Assembly (NCBI RefSeq): GCF_964355755.1
Contig: NC_092670.1
Location: forward strand, 10,712,795-10,776,794
Origin: Antedon mediterranea
Lineage: Eukaryota; Animalia; Echinodermata
Reading direction: 5' to 3'
DNA length: 64,000 bases
Notes under the pieces: model-generated
Database searches by the model: none
What the model saw: the letters and a program-made list of their open reading frames with translations, nothing else
Told to the model about the DNA's origin: nothing
Shown: one piece after another, positions 1 to 11,750 of the stretch
Position numbering within the stretch: the stretch's first letter is position 1
How the letters are laid out: the number at the start of each line of letters is the position of its first letter
Translations under genes and position numbers: made by a program

Positions 1-279
1 TTTTCCTTTCATCTGCATACTTTGCTTAATTTGTACAAGCCACTTGATTGATTTTACATAATAATTTTACAATAGCGTTTTCAGGAGTCTGTTCTCACAT
101 AATTGCATTGTCATAAGATGTTTAAATCACTTAAAACCATTTATTCACCTTTGTTTTATTGTTACCCCCCAATTCTTAACTTGTTTCTTTATATTTACGT
201 TCTTATACTTTTCTGTTTTTACGTAACATTACCAGGCATCTTTTATTGCATACTATTGAATAAACTGATCACTACTTCC

Positions 280-1995
280 CAAAGCAGACCTAGTATTGAT
301 TTATGTAAGCTCCCTACGTATTTACCTGCTAATAAACCCCCTAATGTAAAAGAATGGGAAATGTACAATCAATTAAGAAAAGTTAAAGTAAAAAAGTCCC
401 CGGGCCCTGATAATGTGCCTAACAGATTAATAAGAGATTTTGCATGCGAACTAAGCATCCCTATGACTAATATCTTAAATGCCTCCCTCAGTGAGGGTCA
501 TGTCCCAACTATGTGGAAGGATGCTATTGTTACTCCGGTTCCCAAAGAAAATGGTTGTACTAGGGTTGACAAATTTCGACCAATCTCACTTACATGTATC
601 CTAGCTAAGGTAGCTGAGGGCTTCATTAAAAAATGGCTCTTAACAGATATCGAGAAAAATCTTGATAACAACCAATATGGTTGCCGTAAACACTTTTCTA
701 CAACCCATAATTTGGTTGATCTACTAAATGTGTTCTATGAAGGTAGTAACATTCCCAAATCTGTTGGTCAGTTAGTTTTAACTGACTTTAGTAAAGCATT
801 CGATTGTGTTGACCACACAATAGCAGTTTCTAAATTAGTAACACTTGGTTGTAGACAACAAGTACGCTATAAATCCACCTTATCAATGAGTGTTAATCTA
901 ACATGTGGCGTCCCTCAAGGTACGCTCCTTGGGCCTATGATCTTTCTTGCTCTAATTAATGATGCCATGCAAGACTCGCCATGTAAAACTTTGAAATATG
1001 TAGATGATTTGTGCATAGGACAGATAGTAAAAAAGGATGTAATTTCCTCAATTCAGAATGATGTTGCTTTACTGAATGTATGGTCTAATGAAAACAAACT
1101 AAAACTTAACCCAACTAAATGTAAAACTATGTATTTTAACTTTCAAAGAAATCAATATGAACATGAACCCCTTTTCATTGGTAATGCTACAATTGAAATC
1201 GTTAATGAAACTAAGTTACTAGGTTTATGGATACAAGCTAACCTCAATTGGGACCGTAACGTTAAAGAAATTGTATCCAAAGCCAGCAGACGTCTGCATA
1301 TATTATGTAGATTAAGAAAGTTCAATCTTCCGAAATTTGATCTTGTAGATGTATTTAAGAGTTACATAAGACCAAGTGTTGAATATGCTGTCCCAGTATG
1401 GCATTCTAGTCTCACTAAGAAACAAAGTGATATGATAGAATCTGTCCAAAAAAGGGCTTGCAGAATAATATTGTGTAATGACTACATATGTTATGACCAA
1501 GCACTCAATGATCTTTCTTTAGACACTTTATCTGATAGAAGGCGTAATCTATGCTATAAGTTTGCTCTGAATTGTTCAAAAAGTATTCATTTTGGAAAAT
1601 GGTTTCCAGTGAAGAATGTAAGTAACATGAAACTACAGTAAGACGTGTAAAGTATCAACAACCCAAATGCAGAGTTGAAAGATATAGAAAAAGTGCAATA
1701 CCATACCTTATCTCGCTTCTAAATGAATAATCAGTATATATCACCCAGTACAGCTTTGCGATTCTTATTGATGCTTTTAGGTGTTTTTTTCTTTTCTATT
1801 TTAATATTTTAAGCTAAACTTTTTGAATGTTCCTGTATTGTATTTCTTGTGTAAATTGCCTCCTTTTTTATATTTTTTTATCATTGGTTTTGTACTTTTA
1901 TACAAATTTTAATATTGAACAAATGTAAATGTCTTTGTAATTCAGCTAAGGCTGCGATAATGATATTGAAATAAATGAAATGAAAAAAAAAAAAA
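280..1995 (+). mobile_element. 5'-truncated L2/CR1-group LINE (ORF2 RT) in intron 4 of gene A
   Basis: KSPGPD, FRPISLT, DFSKAFD, GVPQG.LLGP, YVDD. Apparent short in-frame deletion at LGC^RQQ; frameshift near 1636 (true C-terminus ...RYRKSAIPYLISLLNE* at ~1730); tail aataaatgaaatgaaa(A)n. Confidence 0.9.
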
Positions 1996-2027
1996 TTATG
2001 TACCGAATTTAGCAAGCTTGTTTGGAT

Positions 2028-2530
2028 ATTAATCATACACATACTGTTGCCTCGACTGCCTCATAAATGCCTACTACATTAATCATACATATACTGCTGC
2101 CTCGACTGCCTCATAAATGCCTACTACATTAATCATACACATACTGTTGCATTGACTGCCTCATAAATGCCTACATTAATCATACACATACTGTTGTATT
2201 GACTGCCTCATAAATGCCTACTACATTAATCATACACATACTGTTGCATTGACTGCCTCATAAATGCCTACTACATTAATCATACACATACTGTTGCATT
2301 GACTGCCTCATAAATGCCTACTACATTAATCATACACATACTGTTGCATTAACTGCCTCATAAATGCCTACTACATTAATCATACACATACTGTTGCATT
2401 AACTGCCTCATAAATGCCTACTACATTAATCATACACATACTGTTACATTAACTGCCCCATAAATGCCTACTACAACATTAATCATAAACATACTGTTGC
2501 ATTGACTGCCTCATAAATGTCTACTACATT
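2028..2530. repeat. 50-bp minisatellite, ~10 copies (also 49073-49575; 3 copies at 44848-45000)
   Basis: Unit attaatcatacacatactgttgcattgactgcctcataaatgcctactac, head-to-tail. Confidence 0.95.
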
Positions 2531-3706
2531 AAAACAAACTAAAATCAGTAAATGTAGTTACTGCAGTAAATGCAGTATAATAATTTTAAAATTATACCTA
2601 TTGAATGTCCTTTGACCTTGTGAGTTGTTGCATTACAGAATAGAAGTTGTTGTTGTACTGTGAGTGCATTTGAACATGTTAGATTTGTTTCAGGCCCGTA
2701 AGAACCAATTTTGAAGTGGGAGGTCATCCAAAAATTTACGTTATAGAGTGTTTAGAGAGTACTTTGCATTCACCTTTGGGCTTTACATTATGTGAGACGT
2801 GGATAATAAAAAAATATCAAATGATTAGTATTTGTTGTTTAAACTTTTAAATATTGTGGTCTAATTATGACATGACTGGTGAAAACATGGGGCTATTTCA
2901 CAGAGGCGTAGAATTATTTTGCATGAGATTCACGTCAATATCATTATTAGAATTGTTTTGTTCTACTTTTCAGATGTTTTTAGAGGCTTTTCTTTAAACA
3001 TTTGTCCAATTTCTTTAAGCTTTAGTATGTTGCATATACCGTTATTTTTAGTCCTACTGTATGGGCCTTGGCTATGATACCGGATTTTATAATATAATGG
3101 CTTGTCAAGAAAAGCGGTAATCTATTTGGCCTTTGTAATACAAAAAATAGCTATATATTAAGCTAAATTAGGCCTAAGACTAAAATATCAACAAACGAAA
3201 AGTTATTCACGAAAAATGTTGTACCTGAAAACGTTATTTGCAGTATTAATTTGAAATCAGTTTCTTTTATTTCTAACCTAAATAATTTCCAAATATTTTG
3301 GTCAAATTCAATTTCCGTTCTTTTATTTGATATTTTTTACATGATTTGCAAATAGAAATAAAATTTATTGCAAAATCAAAAATACAGAGATATGTGGTCA
3401 AGGACCACTTCATTAAATTTTGGAGGCAATCCGGACCACGCTCTTAATTCTGGACCACTTTTTAGTATTATTTTCAAATCTTCAGATGTTAAAAGATAAG
3501 ACAGAATTTTCAAAAGCCGGCAAGCAGTCTAAAAGTAACAAGTAAACTGGAATTGGATTGTCCAAAAACCTCATTTTTGTACAAGAGGCAAGAGTTATAA
3601 TTTGTGATTTGTAATTTTAAAACATAATTTTATTTAATGTACAGTTTTTTTGATACGAGTAGTTTTAAAAAACCTATTTTTTTACAAATGTATTGAATGC
3701 ACTAAC

Positions 3707-3968
3707 CTGCAGTTCCTGTGTATCCACTGATTGTCAACTTATAGTTAGAGTCCTCAGGACCAATGCCAAAGTGAGAATATCTTGCAAACTTCATTTTGTC
3801 TAAGTGGTCCCTCATCTCTACTAAGAGCTCAAAACCTCCGTCAGATGTTATACGATTGATTTGTTCGTTACCAAGCCAGAACTCTGTGTTCACATTTCCA
3901 AAACCCTCTTTGTATTCTAACCAATTACGGTAGAAATCAACTGATCCATCTTGTCTTCTCTGTATAAC
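3707..3968 (-). CDS. Gene A exon 4 (FBG middle)
   Basis: 262 nt, VIQRRQDGS...EFWLGNE...GYTGTA, canonical splice sites. Confidence 0.92.
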
Positions 3969-6900
3969 CTGATAATGAAATGATCTATACTCTAAAGACT
4001 TACTAAAACATTGATGGCAAGCCCATCAACTGGAGTAAATGGAAATAAATGAATTAAGAACCTGACCACTAATATTACGATGAAGGTACCATGTGTAAAC
4101 TTGTGTATTTAACATTAATATAATGAACGCCGAACACTTGGACAGTAATCCGTGGATTAGCTTACCACTTGCGTGAACCACGCCAGTCTTGTGCCGTACA
4201 TGTGAACGTACCCTTAGCAGGGAGTTGTACTCCCTGCCCTTAGTAAGCTCTGCCAAGGCTTTTGGAATTGCACTTGCTGATATCTTTGAATAGGTTGGCC
4301 TATACTTACCGTCCAACCTCCATCTTTTCTCATGTCACAGTATACAATTAACCGTGGACCTCCATCAATTTGCCGTATCACATATTCACCACTCACAGCA
4401 TAAGGATAATGTTGTAAAATGTCACCACAGTCCCTCATAAAACACTCTAAAATTGCACAGTTGGCATTGGCATTACACGATCACATTTTGTTTTGAATAC
4501 GCAATATTTCAACATAAATTGTGAAGGTTTTATTCAGTGATGTAGCCACAAGAAATAAAGTGGTGCGGTTGTTGCAAGAAAAAGGAACACTCCCATGTGC
4601 AGCCCATGGTTGTCAAAGGCCTGTGGTGAAAAAGTGGTCAGTTTGAAACCGTACCTACCTGCCCTGTTATTTCAAAGTATTTTTTAACAAAAAGGTTGTT
4701 AATAATGTTAGCATAAAATTCATTTTTTTAAAAGAGGATTTAATTTAAGTTTTTTCAACTTGTTTGCATTGTCGTGAGATGTTTTCCAAGTGATTGTACT
4801 AACGTTCTTGTGACCAATGAATCATTCATTCATAGAAAGTACTGATGTAGAAGTCGGCGACTCTACAATGGACCAGAGACCTGAGTTGTATATTTTTTTT
4901 GTCTCCATTTTTCGTTTAAATACTTTACTTACTTGGAGGAATTGGTAGACACACGTCATCCTGACATGAGTGAAAGGTAGCCAGTACAGCTAACATACAG
5001 CAGATCATGAATGCTTTAGAATACGTTTTACGCCGTGGTTAGGATTCCGGTACCGGAACTCAACTTCCCACCGTTATGGAATCCGACACGCTATTGCGCA
5101 TGCCCAGAGCGAAGTAATTATAGCTTGCACTAGTGCCACAGACCGCGCACCACATTACCCGAGAGTCGGAGTGTTAACTAGGGATGTACTGTGTAGCCAA
5201 AGATAGTGTCACTATCTTTGTTGTGGCCTAGTTAGTCGTCGCGCAGGGGAGAGAGCGATGGATGAAACTTGGCCTAGGCCATACATGAATTAATAATTAC
5301 GCCACGCGTTAAAATAATTATTATGATATGCGTATTTCAAGAAATGTACGAAAATGAATAGCGTAGCGTTGCGAAACCGACTTCTTCCGAACAGTTTTTT
5401 TTTCACATCCGCCCGGCGGCTGCTGTCAACAAATCAACTTGTATACGATTGCATGATGTTATGTACAGTATATAAGTGCGTTATATAAAATCTTTTATTT
5501 TGTACTTGAAAAATCATAAAAATTAAAACTAGTCATGTAATTATAATTCATAATTATATAAAGTTTATATATGAATTAAGCAACGACTTTTTTAATTACG
5601 AAATAAATAGGCCCAATGGTCACATCTAGCTGGTAGGCCTACTAGTATTAGTAGGCATGTAGGCCGGCTAGTTCGCCGTGGCGCAGCTATTAAAATGATC
5701 GATCGCTGTAAAGCTTGGTTCCCACTAGAACGTAACGCAAGTGTTTTAACCAATGACAAGCGAAGTTATAGACAGTTAGCAATCACAAGCGAATAAGCCA
5801 TCGCTTGTGATTGGTCAATTCACTTGCGTTACGTCCTTGTGTCGATAGTGGGAACCACGCTTTAGTCTGTAGACAAAAATAGAGTCGCTGATTACCTCGC
5901 TCTGGGCATGCGCAATAGCGTGTCGGATTCCCTAACGCTGGGCAGTTGAGTTCCGGTGCCGGAATCCTAACCACGGCGTACATTTTATGTTACATTTCTT
6001 GAAAGCTCACTAAATACAATTGACAGGTTATTTTCATTTAACTAGATTAGAAAAGTATGCAGTCAAACGACAAGTATTATGTTGTATTTTCACCTGATCT
6101 ACCTTGCAGTGTATTAGAAATCGCCAAGTTTCTAGCCATAGGCAAGTTACTATCACATGTCTAATAGAGTCACTTGCTAATGAAGTTACTTGTCTATAGA
6201 GTGGCTGGCCAAGGAGTCGCCAACCTAGCCTACGGAGTGACTAGCCTATACAGCCACTAGCCTGGAGTCACTGGTATAATAATAGATACCTACACTCATA
6301 TTGTGTAAATAATTGATTGATTGAAAGCACAAGCTTAGAGAAATTGTGAAATTTTAGGGGCTCTTCAATCTCAAACATAAACTGTAAAATTAATTAAAAT
6401 TTGAAGACATCATCAACTTCCCTATCAATTTAAATTGAAAGAATGTAATTCTTACAACTATAATTCAATGTCTTTTACACCTCAACTGAATGATGAAGCG
6501 ATTGTCTCAGATCTCACAGTGCAATATTGGAACACCTCTCTTATTTAGAGATTGATTGGAGAACAACCCACATGTTTTCAAACCACACCCTTTCAACTAA
6601 AAGGTTTATAATAGGATTTCTCATGTAATCTCAATGTTACAAATTACATTATACTGAACAATATTTGAATATTGTATATATTTGGATATTTGTTGATAAT
6701 TTTTTCAGCTAATTGATTCGTGAATGATCTGAAAAACTTTGTAATTTGCTATTTGTAAACACTCAAGATAGAATTTGCTTTGTTGGGTCTTTTTAATTTG
6801 TTTAGCTAATTTGTTCGTGAATGAGATTTAAAAACACTTTTGCTTTGTCAAGCTTCATTTTAATTAATGTGAATGAATTCCTAGTTATCTATCTCTTTCT

Positions 6901-9900
6901 CCTAGTGTCTCTGTTCCTATTTGTCCATATGGCCCAGTGTTATGAATATCAACATTAATTAACACAGAAACACTCTCATGCATTTACTTCGTTATATTTA
7001 TTAGCTTATGTACAAAATGTTTTGTGTAGCTTTGTACGCCAGTCTGTGTTTCTGATCACATAGTAGCCTACATTTGTAATTAAGTGAGAGAAGATGTGCC
7101 TAACTCTTGTATTTATTTATTTTTACTTTAGTTATGCTGTTAAGTGTTGTTTTGTCTCATATTTGATCAATTGATAATTTTCAAAATAAAATCCATTTTA
7201 CATACTTGTTTATTTGCCATAATAAATACTATTTTTAAAGTTCATTAATTTTTACAATTATGAAAGTATTAACATTTCAATTGATACTTTGGAAAAAAAA
7301 GTGACCAATAAAGAAATTAAATCTAATAATAGCAATAGCATATTTCTAGGTAACTTTGATTGTTATATTCTATAGGCATTCTCACCTTTAAATGGCTGAC
7401 CAGTAAAAATATTAAAAATAGAAGTTTAATTTTATATTGTTCTTTGTTGTTGTTCTTTTAGGCTTGAAGCTTCTTGGATAAGGACTATAAACCATAGGTC
7501 CAGTGTACACAACTTGCTCGTGTGCACTTTAAAGAACCTAGTACATCTTTCGAGACGAGTAGGGGGTTACCCCGGTGTATTAGTACATCACAGCCACTGA
7601 TTACCAACTGGGCCCTCTGGGAGACCAGTCTTTGACTGAAGAGGTTAGCCAGTATAAATATATATTTCAATCAAGCCTACATATCACATGTTAAATGTTT
7701 AAAAAATAAGCATTATTATACTGTAATTGTGGGTGTCTTCCATTGTGTCCTAACCAGCTGGTTTATACTGAGATATTTCAAAGTAAGTTATAATAAGTTC
7801 TAAACTTACTTATATAATAATTTTAGTAGTATTTTTTTTTTTTCAAAAGTCAATTTGTGCTGTATTTTGACAATTGTACGGCCATGGAAAACCCTTTTTG
7901 TGAAGTAACTTATGTCATTTGAAGTGTACAGAGGTCATAATTGATTTGTCTCTAGTTTTTTTCCAAGCATAGTTTATTCCATTTCCTTGTGACAATGTGG
8001 CAGCACTAAAAAAATAATTCAATATTCCAATATTCTCTTTTATTATATTATATGGTGATGATATTGTTCAACAAAGTGCTTATTTTGTATCCCATTCCAT
8101 TCCATCATTGTATTGTATTTGTATATGTTTTGTTTTATTTTGGAATAAAAATGTTTATGATTGATTGATTGAAAATAAATGATTATTGTCCCATACCGAA
8201 TTACCTCTTTCAATCTCTTTTAGAAGACTGTTTATACAATACAGAACAACAGTTATTTAAACAGCTACAACGATTCTGCAGAACACCAAATATTGTACGT
8301 AACTATGACAGAAGTACACTGAATGAAATCACTGCAAAATGTAGCTGAACATCTCTCAAGCAACAATATCTATCAGTGCTTTCAAGTCAAGAATCATAAT
8401 GGTGTATCACAATTTTCAAGATACGTAATTGGCTTGAATGGTAAATGAACTTATAATATTTATAATAAGAATTTAGTTGAAATGCGCTGATACTGCGATA
8501 TGAATGTTTATATTAACATTTTGATTACTTGAATACTGCCATATAGCCAATGACTGCTCTACTAGGCAAAAAAACATGTTAAATGGCTTTAAAATAGCTC
8601 GCATTTTAATTTCTAAATGCTCCAGCATGTCAGTTGTGAAAAAAATATCCAGTCATCAAAGTGTTGGTAAATGGCTCTTTGGAGAAATTAACAATAAACA
8701 AAATGATCGGTCCGTTTGGCGAAAGATCCAACTTCAAGAATAGATCTCTGAAAGGTCATATATTTCATTGGGATCATCCATAATCAAATGAGGATTACTA
8801 TCAAGTATAGATAGAAGGCAATGTTGTTGTATCAATGCCAATCTTTTTTTATTTATTTTACAGTGTGTTGTAATGTGTTTTGAATAGTTTGATTATTTCA
8901 TTAGGTTTTTGAATCCTTAATTGAGAAAATATGGGTCGCGATTTATTATCAATTATACACTGATCTAAGATGTGAATGTTCTCAGTTTTGTAGAATCTAC
9001 AAAACTGATACTTTAAATCTACAGATTTTCTCTGTGTTGAAGCGAGTAGCGCACCGACACAATTGGGAATCAACGACGGGGCAATGGCCGCTTTTGACAC
9101 ATCGTTAATATACAAGTGAGGAATCCTATGACATGGATTTACCTACCAACTGGTTCTACGGATTCTGTAGTTTGCAAAAGAGTATGTAACTTAACTGAAA
9201 AACAGTGAACTTTGATGTACCGGCAGTGGGAACTTTACAATGAACATTGAGTAGAAGAAAGTCCAGCCCAAATGATGTTATACTCATAGTATTATTCAGG
9301 TCCTAGCCAGGGGAAAATTTATGGTTCGGGAGAACCCCTTGACGTTAGCATTGAACGCAATTTAAGCTATCCTTAGTCGCTTGTGTTTACCTGTGAAAAA
9401 AGTATGCTACAATCAAAATGTTATTTGCAAGTGTGCTATTATTATCATTTTCGGCCAACTAGTGGTGCCATTTATCATGATTTTACGTGCAAGATTACCA
9501 TTTCCGGTCATCTAGGATTGTCATTTAACAAAATTCGCTTTGCTACAGGCCCCACTACATGAAAAATGAAAGTTTTTCTTAAATTTACTTTCACCTTGAC
9601 CTTGAAAAATACATCAACATTCATCTTGTGTTGCTTATGTCAGTAATTTCTTTGATCAAAATCAATATATTAAGATATATAATATGTAGCCCTACATTCA
9701 TTGTAAGTTTTTATTTCATTTTTAATCATTTCAAAACAAGATTCAACACATCATTTAACAACTGCAGTGAATATATATTATTTAAAATACTCCTAAAATT
9801 TGATTAAACTACTAATTATCATTAATGAAAATATAAGAAATACTGATTTATGATTAGATATCAATTTGATTTTATTGATAATTAAAAGCAATGAATAATA

Positions 9901-11598
9901 GTAATGTTATTTTTGAATAAATTGAAATAATAATAAAATTGATAATTTTATAAAATAAATTTAAACAAATCACATTTTTGGAAATATTATTTGACTATTA
10001 ATTTTATAACATTTTGAATAAATAACTAGCTTTTATTATAATAAATTAATAATTTAATGATAAAGCAAAATGATATTTAAAAGAAACAAAGAGGAATCTT
10101 TGTTATTCCTATTACTATTATTATTCATAAGTCAAATTATTCAATAATTACAGATTCTAATTTCTTTTATGCTGCTCTCTTAACTATCATAACTGTTGTT
10201 TTATTTTTAATATTTTGATAGCAAGTCCGGCCTAGGCAGGCAGGAATTCAACGTGAATATGGAACCAATAGATAGATAGAAAGTTTCAATTTTTTCTCAA
10301 GTTCTTGAGTGCAGATCAATTGTCAAAAAAAAAGTGAAAATTATTATGTGCAAAAGGAAATGTCTCTAAAAAAATGTTCAGCTCTAATAAGCAAATAAGT
10401 TTAGCGGTAGGATTGCAACAATTAGGCCTATTCACAGAGTGAAGCATTACATTTGTTGATACAAGCAATTTCCTAGGCAGAATTAATAGCAACAAAATAT
10501 ACCCATCAATGATGATGTGAATATCCATATAAAAAATACTGTTTTTATTTAATAAAGGAGTTTGCAAAGTTGTATACTTACGCTTTTTGACCAGGACCTA
10601 AAGGAAAATGAAATAAAGTATAGTAGTAGTTCAACATTTATTTATTTCTATCAATGGTACAATGATAAGAAATCATATAAAAACATTGTAATATTAAACA
10701 ATAGGCCTACAACAATATCATATCTTGCAAGAAGAAATTACTTGAAGGAAATGTAATGAAATTGTTAGCCCCATCAGTTTGAAGTCACGCCCACTATGTA
10801 GTTGCATATCAACGCAAGATTAGACGTAATTATGGTCCTTGTATGTAAAAATGTAAAACTTTTACCAATACATTATTCATTTTATTGCCAATATATTCAG
10901 TTTTTCTGTGATTCTTAATACATTATTTTTATTTACTAAATTATTTACTAAATAAAGTTAGCTGTTTCAGGTCAATCTATAAACATAAAACACGCTATCA
11001 ATTTAATGTATTGAACCCGAGATAAAATAACAAGCTGAACAAACAATTCTGAAAATTTGTAAACTTTAAACTCAATTTTATAATTACATTAGATAGCACA
11101 ATCAAACTAAATCGTACCAATTAGTCAATTAAAAAAAATTGGATCTAAATTTGACTGGTAACAGATTTACAAACTTTTGAAGGCCTAATAGAAACACCTG
11201 TACATGCATCTATTGAACTAATTTTTGTTTTTGTTGAAACATATTAAAACACATTAAAGTTGTTCATTTCATGAGTACTCAATTAATCAGTTGATGCTCA
11301 GAACATCACTCACCTGATTAATGTGATTCAAATGAGACGCTTGAATGTTGTTGTTTTCAACTGATGTTTCTTCCAGTATTTTTTTACTGATTTGACAAAC
11401 ACGATATTTCTGGTTATAGTTGACCGACAAGCAATATAATTTCTCGGAACATTCCAGCAAACAATTTACACGGCTTATATTCTTCAACTCGTAACTCCAA
11501 CCATCAAGAGCCTGGCCTCGTATAACTGTATAAAATGAATTGGTCGAAAGAACACTGACGACAAAGGGCAGAAGAAAGACAATCAAAATAGTATGCAT
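3707..11598 (-). CDS. Gene A: PAN + FReD gene, duplicate of gene C; exons 1-4 in the window, last exon expected left of position 1
   Basis: Exons 11598-11314, 4960-4933, 4446-4310 and 3968-3707; translated ORF segments are identical to those of gene C. Confidence 0.85.
4310..4446 (-). CDS. Gene A exon 3 (FBG N-terminal part)
   Basis: 137 nt, canonical splice sites, RDCGDI...VYCDM...GGWT. Confidence 0.9.
4933..4960 (-). CDS. Gene A exon 2: 28-nt micro-exon
   Basis: Same splice signals and DDVCLPIPP peptide as 51978-52005. Confidence 0.7.
5031..5978. mobile_element. Non-autonomous long-TIR element (~90-bp TIRs, apparent 9-bp TSD, MULE-like); copy at 52076-53023
   Basis: cgccgtggttaggattccgg...gcgcatgcccagagcga is inverted at 5890-5978; flanks tacgtttta / tacatttta. 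Confidence 0.8.
5712..5861. mobile_element. Tourist/Harbinger-type MITE nested in the long-TIR element; related pieces at ~38922-38960 and ~41215-41335
   Basis: TIR agc.tggttcccacta, flanked by TAA/TTA. Confidence 0.7.
7459..7670 (+). mobile_element. 5'-truncated Deu/Nin-domain-type SINE; copy at ~54504-54715
   Basis: ggataaggactataaacc.taggtcc...gcac.ttaaagaacc...agtaggggg...ccccggtg resembles the Deu/Nin central domain (recognised from memory). Confidence 0.6.
9590..10202 (-). pseudogene. Relic FReD 3' end (KTTVMIVKRAA* plus 3' flank) inside intron 1 of gene A; copy at ~56630-57239
   Basis: Terminal codons at 10202-10167; the flank aligns by eye with 43070-43675 downstream of gene C. Confidence 0.72.
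11314..11598 (-). CDS. Gene A exon 1: signal peptide + PAN/apple-like domain
   Basis: ORF 11287..11598 with CAG|GTGAGT donor at 11314/11313. Confidence 0.85.
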
Positions 11599-11649
11599 TG
11601 CGACGTTTTAGAAATGTGTTTCTGTACAGTTTTGGTGTCAATGAATTTC

Positions 11650-11750
11650 TTAGTTTATACTAATATGAACTGTTCCATCATCCAACCACTTCAATAGACA
11701 ACTCAGTGCACCAATCAAAACGGTGATAGTAATATATGATTTACATAATA
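11650..11750 (-). promoter_or_regulatory. Conserved proximal promoter block of the FReD genes (copies at ~28300-28380 and ~58690-58790)
   Basis: gtgcaccaatcaaaa.ggtgatagtaa.atatgatttacataa is conserved between divergent paralogs A and B; contains CCAAT, TGATAG and TTATGTAA; TATAAA about 55 bp upstream of the ATG in A/C. Confidence 0.5.

Noticed and set aside
103-1641. Intact 512-aa membrane-anchored or domesticated reverse transcriptase
   Set aside because: Starts at TTG; the hydrophobic N-terminus is read-through of T-rich DNA; no endonuclease domain, an internal deletion and a C-terminal frameshift. The identical second copy comes from the segmental duplication.
2028-2530. CRISPR-like array
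   Set aside because: Head-to-tail 50-bp units with no unique spacers, in a eukaryotic intron, with no cas genes.
7388-7397. Possible extra 10-nt exon before an AAG|GTGAGA donor in intron 1
   Set aside because: It would break the reading frame that is already satisfied by the 28-nt micro-exon.
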